DNA of 64,000 bases from Hemiscyllium ocellatum. Taxonomy: Eukaryota. Below the pieces are notes generated by a model. The model was not told the DNA's origin. It saw nothing but the letters and a program-made list of their open reading frames with translations, and ran no database searches. The stretch lies in NCBI RefSeq assembly GCF_020745735.1, contig NW_026867501.1, positions 186,001-250,000 of the forward strand. Reading direction: 5' to 3'. This document shows, piece by piece, positions 23,536 through 35,680 of the stretch. The translations under genes were made by a program, and so were the position numbers. The stretch's first letter is position 1. The number at the start of each line of letters is the position of its first letter.

Positions 23536-26125
23536 TAAATTTTCCCATACGTGTCGTACATGCCAAATGGTAGGTAATAAAACCAGAACCTTTGTTGCCA
23601 ATTTCAACATTTTAAAAACTTTTCACATAGATTATAATTCATTGTGTAGGTCCCCTCCCGAGAACTAAATGTGGGAACCAGTACTGGTTCTGCATAGTGG
23701 ATGTGTCTACCAGATTTCTAGAGGCAATTCCATCCCGGATTTTCAAGGAAATAAAATGTGGTAGAGGAGTTGGTAGTTTTCTTGACAAGGTATGGGCTAT
23801 CCAGAGGAGATTCAGTCGGACCAAGGATCTAGTTTTAACTGCTCACCTTTTTAAGAATGGCATGGATGGCTTCGGTATACATCACTTTAAATCCAGTGCA
23901 TATCAACCTGAATCGTAGGGAGCTTTAGAAAGGTGATATCAGACCTTGAAGACCATTTAAAGAGCATACTGTGAGGATTACCAGTATGATTGGGATAAAG
24001 GTATCCCATTCGTATTGTTTGCCATTACAGATATGCCAAACCAATCTACTCAGTTCACTCCCTCTGAGTTAATGTTCGGTCATGAAGTGAGAGGCCCTTT
24101 GAAATTAATTAAGGAAACAATTGACAGGTCCAAAGTCTGAGATCTCACAATTAGATTATGCAACGGAGGTGAGGGAGAGTTTAAATCGAGTAGGTAGATT
24201 AGTTTAACAGCACCTAAGATGGCACAGTGTACAATGAAGCACGTGGCAGATTAAAGCTTTGACAGTCGGAAGTTTTCCCAAGGGGATAATGTGTCAGTAC
24301 TGTTACCAATGGTGGCAGATCCTTTCAAAGCCAGGTTTAGTCGTCCTTATCAAATTGAGAAAAAGTTGAGTCAGGTGAACTATTTAGTGAAGATGCCAGA
24401 TAGGAAAAAAAGCTATCAGGTATGCCTTACGAAAAGTTGAAATAGTATTACATGACAGAGAGTGAACTGGAGAAACAGGTGTTAGTTACTGCCCCGCGGA
24501 GTGAGAAATCCAATTCAGACGACATGGATTTTGAGGTGACTCAAAACACTTTTAAAAATGACGAAGTCCTTGAGGAGTGGGATAGATTAGTTATCTCTCT
24601 GTCTCAAGAGCATAGAACGGATTTGAAAGATCACCACTACACTATAAGGATATGTGTAAGAATCAGATGGGGAGGAAAAATGCTACTGTACATAAAGCTG
24701 ACGTAGGGAATACTACTCCAATACAACAACATCCCTAACGTCTTAATCTCTCAGAGCCAGACAGCTCCAGTGGAGGTGGAGGCCATACTCGACGAGAACA
24801 CCTTCGAACCAAGCCAGAGCGAGTGAAGTTTGCTGATCATCTTAGTTCCCAAACCGGATGGGACTCAAAGATTCTGCGTGGATTATCGGAAGTTCATTGC
24901 TGTTACAAAATCGGATTCATATCCAATTCCTAGATTGCTGGACTTTAACGAGAAATTTTGACAAGCCAGTTACATCACACAGTTGGACTTAATGCCTGGT
25001 TACTGGCAAGTATATTTATCAGAGTTGGCTGAAGAAATTTCTTCTTTTGTCAAACCAAAATCAGTTTAAAGTGATGCTCTTTCGAATGAAGAACGCACCC
25101 GCCACATTCCAAAGACCCATGAAATGTTGTGGCTGGGTTAACAAACTGTGCAGTCGATTTGGACGATGTGGTGAACTGGAACCATTATATGGTACAGTTG
25201 GCAGAGATCTTTGAACAACTACCAGAAACAAACCTGGTGAATAACCTAAATAAAACGGAATATGCAAAAACGGAGGTGACGTTCTTGGGACATAACATTA
25301 GTAATGGAAGACTGACCCCCCTCCCCCCCACCCCCCCCCCCCCCCCCCCGCGGAACGCAGCAAGAAAGCTATCGAGGAATTTTCACTACCACACTTGAAG
25401 AAAGAGGCACTTCGATTCTTCGGACTCAGCAGATACTATCGGAAGTTTGTTCCAAACTTTAGCAGTATAATGGCACTGTTAAACCATTTGCTGAAAAAGA
25501 ACACATAGTTTCGGTGGACAGAACCATGCCAGAAGACATTTGAACATTTCAAATTGATATTAACCACCAAACCAGTTTTAGCTCGACCACACTGTTCAAA
25601 CCAAAGTCGCCATTGATGCTAGTGACAGTGGAGTTGGAGCTGTCCTCCAACAGGAAAATGAGGACGGGATTGATTCATTTTAGAAGAAGATCAACATCCG
25701 CCAGAGGAAATGCTCCAAAATAGAAAATGAACTTTTGAATACGGTACTGTCCTTACAGTATTTTAATGTGTATGTCACGAGCAATGTGTCGGAGACGATT
25801 GACCACAAACCGATTACTTTCTTAGAACGTTTTGAAGATAAGAATATGATCTCATTGGAGTCTTATGTTACAGACTTTTAATTTTAAAATCGTAGATGTC
25901 ACGTCAGAAGAATATAATTATGGACATTTAATCGCGGATTGAACAGATAGAGTTTAGATTAGATTTATCTTTGTTCAATGTTTTGTGTACGTGTATAGGT
26001 ATAGGGAACAAATTAAGGTATCATTATATGAATGTTATCGGTATGTTAGGGTAATGTATTTTAAAGGTACAAAGCTGAAACCGTCTTTTTATTTTGATGG
26101 TTCATTTTATTCTTAAGGGAAGAGG

Positions 26126-26843
26126 TGTTATGAAGATGTGGGTGTACTTTAAGATAGTTAAAAGCAGCAGAATTATCGATATAAGACCAAGTCTCCTCAA
26201 TGAGGCACCAATGTATGTAACACTTAGTAAACCGACTTGATTAGCTCCTTGCCTGGAGACAAAAATAAACTCGAATTTGGTCAATCAGGTTAAATTATAC
26301 TCCGCAAAAAAGCCAATTTCCAATCAAATTTGAATTTGGTATATTGACGATCTTAAAGACCAATGACACAACCCAATACTCTGAGGAATATGACCATAGG
26401 AAAATTGAAGAGTTGTGAGGACAATTGCCAAGTCCTAGCATGTAACAGACTGCGTGAAAAAGTAAAAGCCTTAAAATTACCTTTTCGATTAGTAACCTTT
26501 GACGCAGAAATTCCTAACAAGGAATAAAGAAGATACAGGAAGGCTCATAAACAAGAACCTACAGCTGCCTGGTTTTGAGATAAGAAGTGCTGTTTTGCAA
26601 GTTAGAGTTGGGAGTTTTATTGGACTAATATTATAGAACGGAAAGTAAACGATAGGTCAGAGAAGGAAATTGTAAATAGTGGCTGGTTAATTGTTCTCTG
26701 TTATTCTTTAAGAAATAAACCTGTTAATTTTAACTTTAAACAGTTCTTGGCCACTCGATAGTTTACAGATTACTACACGGGATAAATCTTTTCTGTGTCG
26801 TTGGCTTTAAATTAAGCAGGAGCGTTTACCCCAAGCCGTAACA
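26126..26843 (+). repeat. 3' LTR of the second Gypsy element
   Basis: Polypurine tract AAGGGAAGAGG (26115-26125), starts TGTTATG, ends GTAACA. Confidence 0.85.
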
Positions 26844-27519
26844 CCGAAACAGACACGTGTTCCCTATCATCTTTAATGAAGACAATTGCATCGTTGCCTG
26901 GTGAATTTGTTACGAAAGACGTATTGCACGTAGCAGGTATTTTATTTATTACTTGCCTTTTGAAACATGCCGTAACTGTATTACAGCACCGAATTGCACG
27001 GATTCAATGTCACAAGATCAATTTAAATTAACGATTCAGAATGAGATATCATAAATCTGGGCTTCCGTTATTTGACAACCTAATCCACTACAAACATGTC
27101 CTTGTAAATCAGGTATCACCATGTAGGTCTGAAATATTTACTGAAACTATATAACACGAGAAGATGAGAAAAGTCTCCAGTTTTAACAGGAAGGTGAGCT
27201 GAAACTTTAATGAAAGTAAACAAACCCATTGCTTTCAATATTTCCGGCCTCCAGTTTTTCATATCTATACATCTTTGTGCCAGGGAGCCCACACATCTGC
27301 AGAAATATTGAGAACCCTGCCAAAAACCCTGCACTGAGAATTCCAGTCAGTGTCTATCAGAGGGCGCTTTCAAATCGATAAATTAAACAATTCTTCTGAA
27401 ATGAAAACAGAGCATACTGAAGTGGCTGAGGAGGTCTGGCACCATCTGTGGAGAGAGAAACAAAGTCAGCGTGTCGAGGCTGCTGATGTGCCTCGAAGCC
27501 ATGGAAGACTGAAAGAATA

Positions 27520-27800
27520 CTACCAGCGCCCCGACAATTTATGCCATGATTTCCTTCAATGTCCTTCAATGTAGCTCGTTCAATCCCAGTGTCTTGTCAA
27601 ATTTAAGTTTCAATAGTCTATCCAAGTATAGCCTTTTCTAAATTTTGAACTCTTCTGGTGAAACCATTTCGTCCTCTATCACAATGGCTGAGAAGGTAAT
27701 CCCATCATTTGTAAATATAGGTGCAGTAGTATTAATTTTACACATTATTCCTGCCCCCAACGTCCACGTGAAAATACCACTTTTCTGGTCTTTGGCTGTG
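27520..27800 (-). mobile_element. Degenerate CR1 fragment
   Basis: Minus strand LKFDKTLGLNELH*RTLK resembles the CR1 DKSPGPDGIYPRILK motif. Confidence 0.5.
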
Positions 27801-29549
27801 CTCTGCATTTATAATGTCATCGTTGTCCAGCATGGGAACTGATCCTTCGGTCGATCTTCCCTGTCCTGACAAAATACAAAAAGCTGGCATGATTCCATAC
27901 ATCAGTCCTGAACTGTTTATACACCAAGAGAAGACTTTGAGATTTGTTTGTGGTAGTTCCTCTTCGGTTTTCTATTTCGTGTGTGTATGTCCACATCAAT
28001 ATGTCTATGCTTGGGTGTTCAACTCTGCACGTAATGACATATGCTTAGACTGGAGGTTGAATGAATTAAAGTGTCAAAACCTCTCTGCCTGATGCTTGCT
28101 ATTCCAACTAAAATAATGCAGTGTTACAACCTGCTGACGAATCTGTGCTATTGCACAGTAGCACTGTTATTAGGGCTCCTCTTGGCTTGTTTTTCTGAGG
28201 GGTGCCATTTTAGTTTTTGGGGATTCCTTTCCATGCTCACTGACTAAATCATTTAATGATGCCATCAGCAAATAACAAAACTAAGGAAAGTACTTGCTCA
28301 ACATCTGGTCTTCTGTTAGTTATCCAGTTATCTATTCACTATCAGATCACTGCAACGATGTAGTCTCTTGTTTCATTAAAATGTGGGACCTTATCAAACG
28401 TCGTCTGAAATTACAATTACATTATATCTCCTAATTTTGTTTTATTTTTCCTACCTCCATGCCGTCCACGAATTTCTTTAAATTTGTCAGGCATGAATTC
28501 CCCTTTAATGAAGACATAATGGGTGCAGAGTTATAGGAAGAGAAGGCAAGTGGTATATTTATACGGTTAAGTGTACAATTCGGAGTTTAAAACGCATGAT
28601 GATAGATAAAGTTCAGAATAAATACAGTAGTACAGACAGTAGTGTAACAGACAGCAAACTATAAAGGTTTAGATTGATGTGGGCCCCAGCGAAAGTACAT
28701 CGTCATATGACTGTATACTATTTGTCAGTAAATATCACACTTCATTTGCAATGTTGAGCATTTCCAGAAGTGTTCAATTAATCACTAATCTGAATTTAAT
28801 CTGGGTTGAGTATACATAAATAGCTTGATGCAGGAACTCATAAACTGAAGCAGGTATCCATGTTCCTGTTGAATAAAATACAACTGACTTTAATTGAAAC
28901 CTGAAAAATAAGGTACGTTTGGAATTCGGACATAGATGGTTGTTAAGAAAAATTACGCACACTGTTATGTGCATGAGTCAGAGGGAAGTGTGTACGGGTG
29001 GTTTACTCTTCGGAGGGTCGGTTTGGACTTGTTGGGACGAAGGGCTGCTTCCCACACTGTAGGTAATCTAAATTGTAGGGACATTATGCCAATTCACCAC
29101 AGGACAGTGGCAATGTCACATTCTAGTTAAGTTTGCATAATAATAACAATGATAATATTACGTCAGTAATTCACCTGCATTGTCAGTGACGGCCTTTAAA
29201 TAGTCATGAAATTACGACAACAGTGTCATAATTTATTCAATATGTCTCTGTCCGCGTAAACGGTGTAAGTACATATATTTCGTCCTATTCTAGTAAAATC
29301 AGCGACACCGTTCAAACATTCAAATGGCAAAAGTCACAAGAAGATAGCATTAAGTCGAAGCTGAGAAAACACTTTGATAAAGTACTTTCTTCTTAACAAG
29401 AAGAAATTCCGCGTTTAAAGGAGTGCATTTATAACATTCATACCAAAAATAAACTCAATTGGCGAATTAATATCCTTATATTGGACAGTGATGATGTGAA
29501 ACTGAATTCATGCCATGGAACGTAAAGAAAAAAAAACATGTTAAACTAG

Positions 29550-29810
29550 AACATACAGATGTGCTTCAGGTAAAATTGCAGCATTTCTAGAACCAAACAA
29601 TGATACTCTCACCTGCAAACTCTCGACAGGACTTGACCTGGCATTCCGTTAGCTCTTTGGATAGGAAGATAAATGGCAAATCCCACAAATGCTGGTGTTC
29701 TGTGCATTTTTAACAAAGGCTCTGAGTGTGCTGTGCAATGTCCTAAAATGTTCTCTATTATTCATAATAACAGGCTGCAGCGAGGTTATTAGTTGGTTTG
29801 ATGATTTGAA
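29550..29810 (+). pseudogene. Possible highly decayed V-segment relic
   Basis: DVLQ..AAFLEPNNDTLTCKLSTGLDLAFR*LFG*EDKWQIPQMLV resembles FR1-CDR1-FR2; no YYC or RSS found. Confidence 0.4.
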
Positions 29811-30619
29811 CTAATTACATTTGTTTCAGGTGACAAATAATTGCAGCTGCTGCTCGAATGAAGTTTTTGATTTGGAGGAATATAATGTTTTTCCTTCATG
29901 GGATTTGACAAAGTTTAATTTGAGAATTAAAGAGAGTAATGATTATTCAAATTATATGAGTAACACAACACAACATATTATTTATAACTACGTGATAAAA
30001 TCCTAGATTTTAGTGAGTAACTTTGTGGTTACATCTATTTAAAATCTAAATAATTTGGTAACAATTTACCATTGTCTGTCAAATTGTGTGTTCTAGCTAT
30101 TAGAGCCAATGCAAGCGTCTGGAGGCCAGGGAACAAACAAAGTTTATATTTTTATACAAAGATAAAGTATTTTCCACAAAAAGGCAACAGTTGTTGCTGA
30201 GACTTTGAATTTAAGCTGCTGACACATCAGTTTCATTGTTGAACTTAAAACGGTGGCCTTTAAAGTCGAGATCAGATCAAAATTTAAACTTGTGCTGTCT
30301 TGTGCCAAAGATTAAAGAAGCGATAATATGAAGATTAACAGAAGACTGTAAAGTGGCCCTCTGCAACAGCATCTAATTGGTCAGTCATTGTTTACACAAG
30401 AGTGTGCTTAACTCCTGTTTTTAACAATCCAACTATCAATGAAAATTAAGCATGCAGATCTATTCTGAATAGTCGCATTCAGATATAATGTTCTGCAGAT
30501 TGGCATCGACAGATTGGCAAGATTGTTTTTGCGTAACCAAATGCTCAGATTGTCTGTGAGTACCTGTGAATATTGAACATCTTGAAGCATAGCTATCGCC
30601 TTCACATAGAGAATCACGA

Positions 30620-30893
30620 CAGTGTGGAAACAGGCCCACAACGACTCTCAGCAAAGTAACCCACCCAGACAGATTCACCAACCTGATTACCTTATAATTA
30701 CTCCTGACCAATGGGCAATTTATCATTGCTAATTCGCCAAACCTGCACATGTTTGGATTGTGGGAGGAAACTGCAGCGCACAGTGAAAACCGATGCAAAT
30801 ACGGGGAAAATATGCACACTCCACATTGACAGTCAATTGAGATTAGTCTCGAACCGAGTCCCTGGCGGCAATGCTAACCACTGAGCCACCGTG
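30620..30893 (-). mobile_element. tRNA-derived SINE (HE1-like)
   Basis: Minus strand CACGGTGGCTCAGTGGTTAGCATTGCC..GGGACTCGGTTCGA head with CR1-like tail. Confidence 0.75.
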
Positions 30894-31399
30894 ATACCTG
30901 CAGAACAATGCAGTCCAGGTTACTGAAATCCAGTTCAGTGAGGTAAATGTCACCTGGATCTGAATATAGAGAAACTGTGACATAAGTGACTCTTAAGAAA
31001 AAGAAGCTGAGTAAGCTGATTAACATCAAAACAAAGGACAAGACGAATGCAGGGAGGTTCAGCAGTTGCAGAAAGATCTAAAAAACAAATCAATGTACAT
31101 AAATATTTGAAGTTGTCCGATAGGGTAGAAAGAATAAAAAGAAGTACATTATCTAAATGGCAAGAGTTGCAGAGCTCAGAGATGCAGAAGGGTGTCACGG
31201 TCCATGAAGAATGGCAGGTTAGGAATGACGAGCAGGAAATAATTAGGAAAATTGATAGAATATTTTCATTTTTGTCCAATGGATCTCATAGAGCCATAGA
31301 TTCACGTTTTGTTACTCAACCAGAGACGGCTATTCAACAGCTTAGTGTAAAACTCATGAAACTTCTGCACATAACCTTCGCACTTTTTTGATATTCATA

Positions 31400-32475
31400 A
31401 GAAAGGCTACTGCAAAAAAACACTGAGGTAGGACATTGAGGGTGAGTTAGAGGTTTGAATCAGGAATTGGCTGGCTGGAAGAAGACAGAGGGTAGTAGTT
31501 GATGGTAAAGGTTCATCTCTGAGTGCAATTACTAGCGGTTTTCGGCAAGGATCTGTTTTGGGACCATTCCTGTTTGTCATTTTCATAAATGACCTGGAGG
31601 AGGGGCTAGAAGGTTGGGTGAGCAAGTTTGCGGATGATACAAACGTCGGTGGAGTTTTTGGCAATGAGGAAGGATGTGGCAGGTTACAGCGGGATATAGA
31701 TAAGCTGCAGAGCTGGGCAGAAAGATGGCAAATGGAGTTCAATGTAGGTAAATGTGAAGTAATTCCCTTTGGTAAGAGTAACAAGAAGGTGGAGCACTGG
31801 ACTAATGGTCGGATACTTGGTAGTGTGGATGAGCAGAGAGATCTTGGTGTCCATGTAGGAAGAAGGCATATGGCATACTGGCTCTTATTGGTAGAGGAAT
31901 TGAGTTCCAGAGTCCTGAGGTCATGTTGCAGTTGTATAAGTTTCTGGTTCGGCTGCATCTGGAGTATTATGTGCAGGTTTGGTCGCCATACCATAGGAAG
32001 GATGTGGAGGCATTGGAACCGGGTGCAGAGGAGGTTTATCAGGATGTTGTCTGGTATGGTAGGAAGATCATATGAGGAAAGCTGAGGCACTTGGGCTGTT
32101 TTCATTGGAGAAAAGAAGGTTTAAGGGTGACTTGATAGAAGTGCACAAGATGATTAGGGGTTTAGATAGGGTTGACCATGAGAACCGTTTTCCATGTATG
32201 GAGTCAGCTATTACGAGGGGGCATAGCTTTAAATTAGGCGGAGGTAGGTGTAGCGCAGATGTTAGGGGTAGATTCTTTACTCAGTGAGTCGTGAGTTCAT
32301 GGAATGCCCTGCCAGTATCAGTGGTGGACTCTCCCTCTTTATGGGCATTTAAACGGGCATTGGATAGGCATATGGAGGATAACGGGCTAGTGTAGGTTAG
32401 GTGGACTTGGGTCGGCGCAACATCGAGGGCCAAAGCGTCTGTTCTGCGCTGTATTAATCTATGTTCTATGTTAAT
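31400..32475 (+). mobile_element. 5'-truncated CR1 LINE
   Basis: GPFLFVIFINDLEEGLEGWVSKFADDT..LQRDIDKLQSWAERWQMEFN; GDLIEVHKMIRGLDRVD; 3' tail CTATGTTCTATGTT. Confidence 0.9.
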
Positions 32476-34391
32476 ATCCAATTCCCTCTTTAGTATCTCA
32501 ATTAAAACTGACTGCAGCCTCTTCTAGGCTTTTCACCCATAAACATATGGCTCATTGTGTGAAAAAGAGTTTATGTCATCCATTTCGCAATGCTTCTTCC
32601 GGAATATTACAAGATTAGAATATCATTTTATTGTCACGTGCACATTGCAAGAGTACAGTGAAAATCATTTGCAATGACTGCCTTCCTATAGCGAAATATT
32701 AGGGGTACACGTTTTCAGTACAAATCTTCAATACAACAGTCAAATACAAGTAATTGCATTATTATACCAAGTTGAAGAACACGTTTAAAAATATAAGTAG
32801 ACATAATGTCACAGCAGCTCACCACAGTGTCTCTGTATGTGGTTGGACCAAGCACGCCAGGTCTCAGACCGCCATCCACCAGCAATCCTCGCGCTGCTCT
32901 AAGCCACAGTTCATTTCATATCAGCATTGAACTGTTCCAGAGTAATTCATGGACTGCTTCCTCCGTACCAGTGTCTGCCTGTGACTCACTGCCTATCCGG
33001 TGCTCTGTGGCTGGTTGCTGGTGTGCTGCTGTAGGACTGCTTCCACGCACTGTTCTGTCCCCCTGCTTCAAACCGACAAACCTTACGCAGTTCCAGAGGT
33101 CGTGGCCCATTTGTTGCTTCGGGGCTATTGGTTCTTACAATGCACTGGGGCTAGTGGCCCACGTACTGTTAAATCGGTGTGTGCTGGCTCCTAATATTTT
33201 AGGAGAGGGAACACTTTCTCGCATTCTATTCTAAACAGAAACTTATACAGCATTCAGAAAGTTCTGCTTCAGATTCGCATTTGTTTGTGTGAACACAACT
33301 GTCGTTCTATGCACTGTACTGAACTCTAGTTCAGAAGAGTGAGAATGTATTGAAAGCAGTACACCGATATTTTACTGAAGCAATGTCTCGAATGGTTGAC
33401 TTGCGAAGTCAGCATGAACAGTTGAGACTTGTTAATTGGAGGCCAGAAGAGAAAGAGTCCATTTCACTCGCAAATATAAGACCTTGGTAGGTTTTCACAA
33501 GTCAAGTATATAAAGAATGTTTTATTTTCTCGGCGAAACTTGAACTCGGAATCCCAGGTGAACGATGAGGATTCGATCATTTACTACACAGATAAAGATG
33601 ATTTATTTCCTCGCAGAGGTCTGTGAGGTTTTGGAACTTTCTTTCTCTACAGGCACTACAGCAGGTATTTGAACATTTTAAGGCAAATTTAGATACATTC
33701 TTGCTTTTAAAAAGGCATGGATCTTAATTGTCAGTCGATGGGAATGCGGAGGATTCAGATAAATCTTGGACTTTTTAAACGTCACGACAGGCTTGAGTTT
33801 TTGAATCCAACTGTGAAATTGTACATTGGTATGAAACCCTTCATAAAATGAATACTTGAAGATGTTTCCAAACAGTGTTTCACGATGTTGACAATTCGAC
33901 TGAGTTATCTCACATGTGAACCTAAGACTCAGAGGTCAGACAGATACGGATTGACTGAGTCCAAGGCGCTCTCCACCTGATTATATATTGAACCAAAATC
34001 ATGCCAATCAGTTCAGGGGAATACTAATGACTCCATGTTAGTAATGGAATGTAGCGAGTGGGGTTTCCAGATTGTGAAAGAAATCGCGAGACCCTGGACC
34101 AACATTTCAAACTCAAAGAAAAGCACAAATGAAACCAGATGACCAACTTTCCCGCTCAGCTCTCTGGGTGGACGTAGATGCAGCCTCTACTCACACAACA
34201 GTTTCCAACCCCACCCCCTGTACGTCAGTGTAACGTTGGCAATGATTTCACATCCGGATCAAGAACAGCTGCATCTGCATGTTAACTTGATCATTCTGCT
34301 TCATTTTAGTCCAGCTCTGAGCTGCCTTCTCCCAGAGGAGCAGTCAGCTTCCAGACTGCATGAAACATCTGCTACACCAGGCAGCAGCACG

Positions 34392-34854
34392 ATGGGAGTT
34401 ATACTTGTCCTTTTACAGTGTACCTATATACTCGGTTAGTACGGATCCAACAATCCAACATGGTGCACAATTAGTACAAAGCTTCCCGAATCCATGAAAA
34501 AAAAATCGGCATTGTCTCTGGTTCAGTTCCTTTGTGCGGACTAATATCTCTCCGTTTAATTTCCAGAATCCGTTTGTCAGTCAGTGGTACAGTCCCCACC
34601 AGCGGACATCAAGAAAGAGTGCCAGTCTTTCAGCATCGACTGCGTTTTCTACGGTGGCTTCTTTGCATATCCTTTGAAGCGGGGGGAGTTCTTCAAACAA
34701 ACAGAGACTGGAACAAAACGAGAGCGGATCTTGTCAGGAGGACGGTTTGTTGTGAGGACGAACACAGCAGAAAAGACATTTTCGCTGCAGGTTCAGGATG
34801 TGAATGTTAAGGACACTGCCACATATTATTGTAAAGCCTGGTATAGATATAGCA
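34392..34854 (+). CDS. NARTCR-V: NAR-TCR V segment (IgNAR-like V; leader exon 34392-34434, V exon 34567-34854), intact
   Basis: Leader MGVILVLLQCTYIL+G|GTTAGT; acceptor TTCCAG|; ESVCQSVVQSPPADIKKECQSFSIDCVFYGGFFAYPLKRGEFFKQTETGTKRERILSGGRFVVRTNTAEKTFSLQVQDVNVKDTATYYCKAWYRYS; short CDR2-deleted VNAR pattern (compare IgNAR ERISxGGRYV..KSFSL) plus extra FR1 Cys. Confidence 0.9.
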
Positions 34855-34893
34855 CACAGTGATTTGACCCGGTCTCCCACCATACCAAAAAAC
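34855..34893 (+). other. 23-RSS of the NAR-TCR V
   Basis: CACAGTG (34855-34861) + 23 nt + CCAAAAAAC (34885-34893). Confidence 0.88.
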
Positions 34894-35207
34894 TCTCCGC
34901 ATGTTATCACAGATGTAAATGAAATTCCGAAGCCCTTTAGCCTTGAACTCCCCACGTCTCCATCTCTGACCACCAACTCCACAGTCCAGTTTATACCAAA
35001 ACTAGGTTGTCGCTGTTATCATTTTGAGTTTTGTTAATGCTGAAAACGTTCGTTAGTGATGTCTTTTGTTTGATCGCTGTTAATTAATCCGTGTTGGGAA
35101 TGACTGATCCCTCTTAAGCGTCACTAATAACAGATGGGATCCAATTCTGATGCTGGGACCTGGAGCCGCTTTTAAAACAAAAAAAATCGCTTCTGATTCA
35201 TACCGAG

Positions 35208-35278
35208 AGATTTGATGCTGACTAGAAACATTGTGTGACTACTGGAATTACACGGTGAATGAGACCTAAACAAATATC
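35208..35278 (+). other. NAR-TCR D segment (core 35236-35250, TGACTACTGGAATTA) with 12-RSS on both sides
   Basis: 5': AGATTTGAT (35208-35216)/12/CATTGTG (35229-35235); 3': CACGGTG (35251-35257)/12/ACAAATATC (35270-35278). Confidence 0.82.
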
Positions 35279-35588
35279 ATGTCCAATTACAATCAATGTT
35301 CTGTGGCACGTCGCTACGTATGCATTAGAAGAAATTGGCGTCCTGGTTTGGTTTTATTGTACTTTCTGACTTCTATTCTGGATATTTTGCATTGCACTCA
35401 ATTTTTGAGAAGAGCTAATCTCCAGTTCAGGTTATTGTGCCTTGTCTCTAAGATTTTAGAATTTCCTCAAGGTCAACTTGAACTGACGTATTATATCCAA
35501 ATTGGAATTGAGTGTACTGACTCAAAGCAACTCGATAATGAGGTAGAACCGAGTGATGATTTTTACCCAAGAGATTGGTGTGTCAGTA

Positions 35589-35680
35589 GTTATTTGCAAA
35601 GGTGTGACCGAGAACCTTGTCATTGTGGTACTACGAAGACACAGTGGATGGATCTGGGACAATGGTAACTGTCACAGCTG
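35589..35680 (+). CDS. NAR-TCR J segment (coding 35628-35680) with upstream 23-RSS
   Basis: GTTATTTGC (35589-35597)/23/CATTGTG (35621-35627); YYEDTVDGSGTMVTVTA+G|GTAAGT phase-1 donor at 35681. Confidence 0.88.

Larger units (their letters stand above)
18464..26843 (+). mobile_element. Gmr1-like Gypsy LTR retrotransposon with both LTRs, decayed, carrying nested CR1 and Penelope insertions
   Basis: Related LTRs at 18464-19253 and 26126-26843; gag KLPQFYEEDVETFLISFEKLARQM..LVPEAYRQWFRN (19950-20230); integrase TCRTCQ, IVDVSTRFLEA (23545-24430) precedes RT (MPGYWQV..MKNAPATFQR, 24700-25300) and RNaseH (IDASDSGVGAVL ~25610). Confidence 0.85.

Noticed and set aside
27060-27334. Minus-strand ORF with faint V-like words (VNISDLHGDT)
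   Set aside because: Canonical Cys/Trp spacing and RSS absent
34980-35005. CACAGTC..ACCAAAACT as a second D 3' RSS in the NAR-TCR V-D interval
   Set aside because: Spacer only 8-9 nt and no matching 5' RSS
35430-35468. Near-consensus nonamer GGTTATTGT between D and J
   Set aside because: No heptamer at 12 or 23 nt downstream
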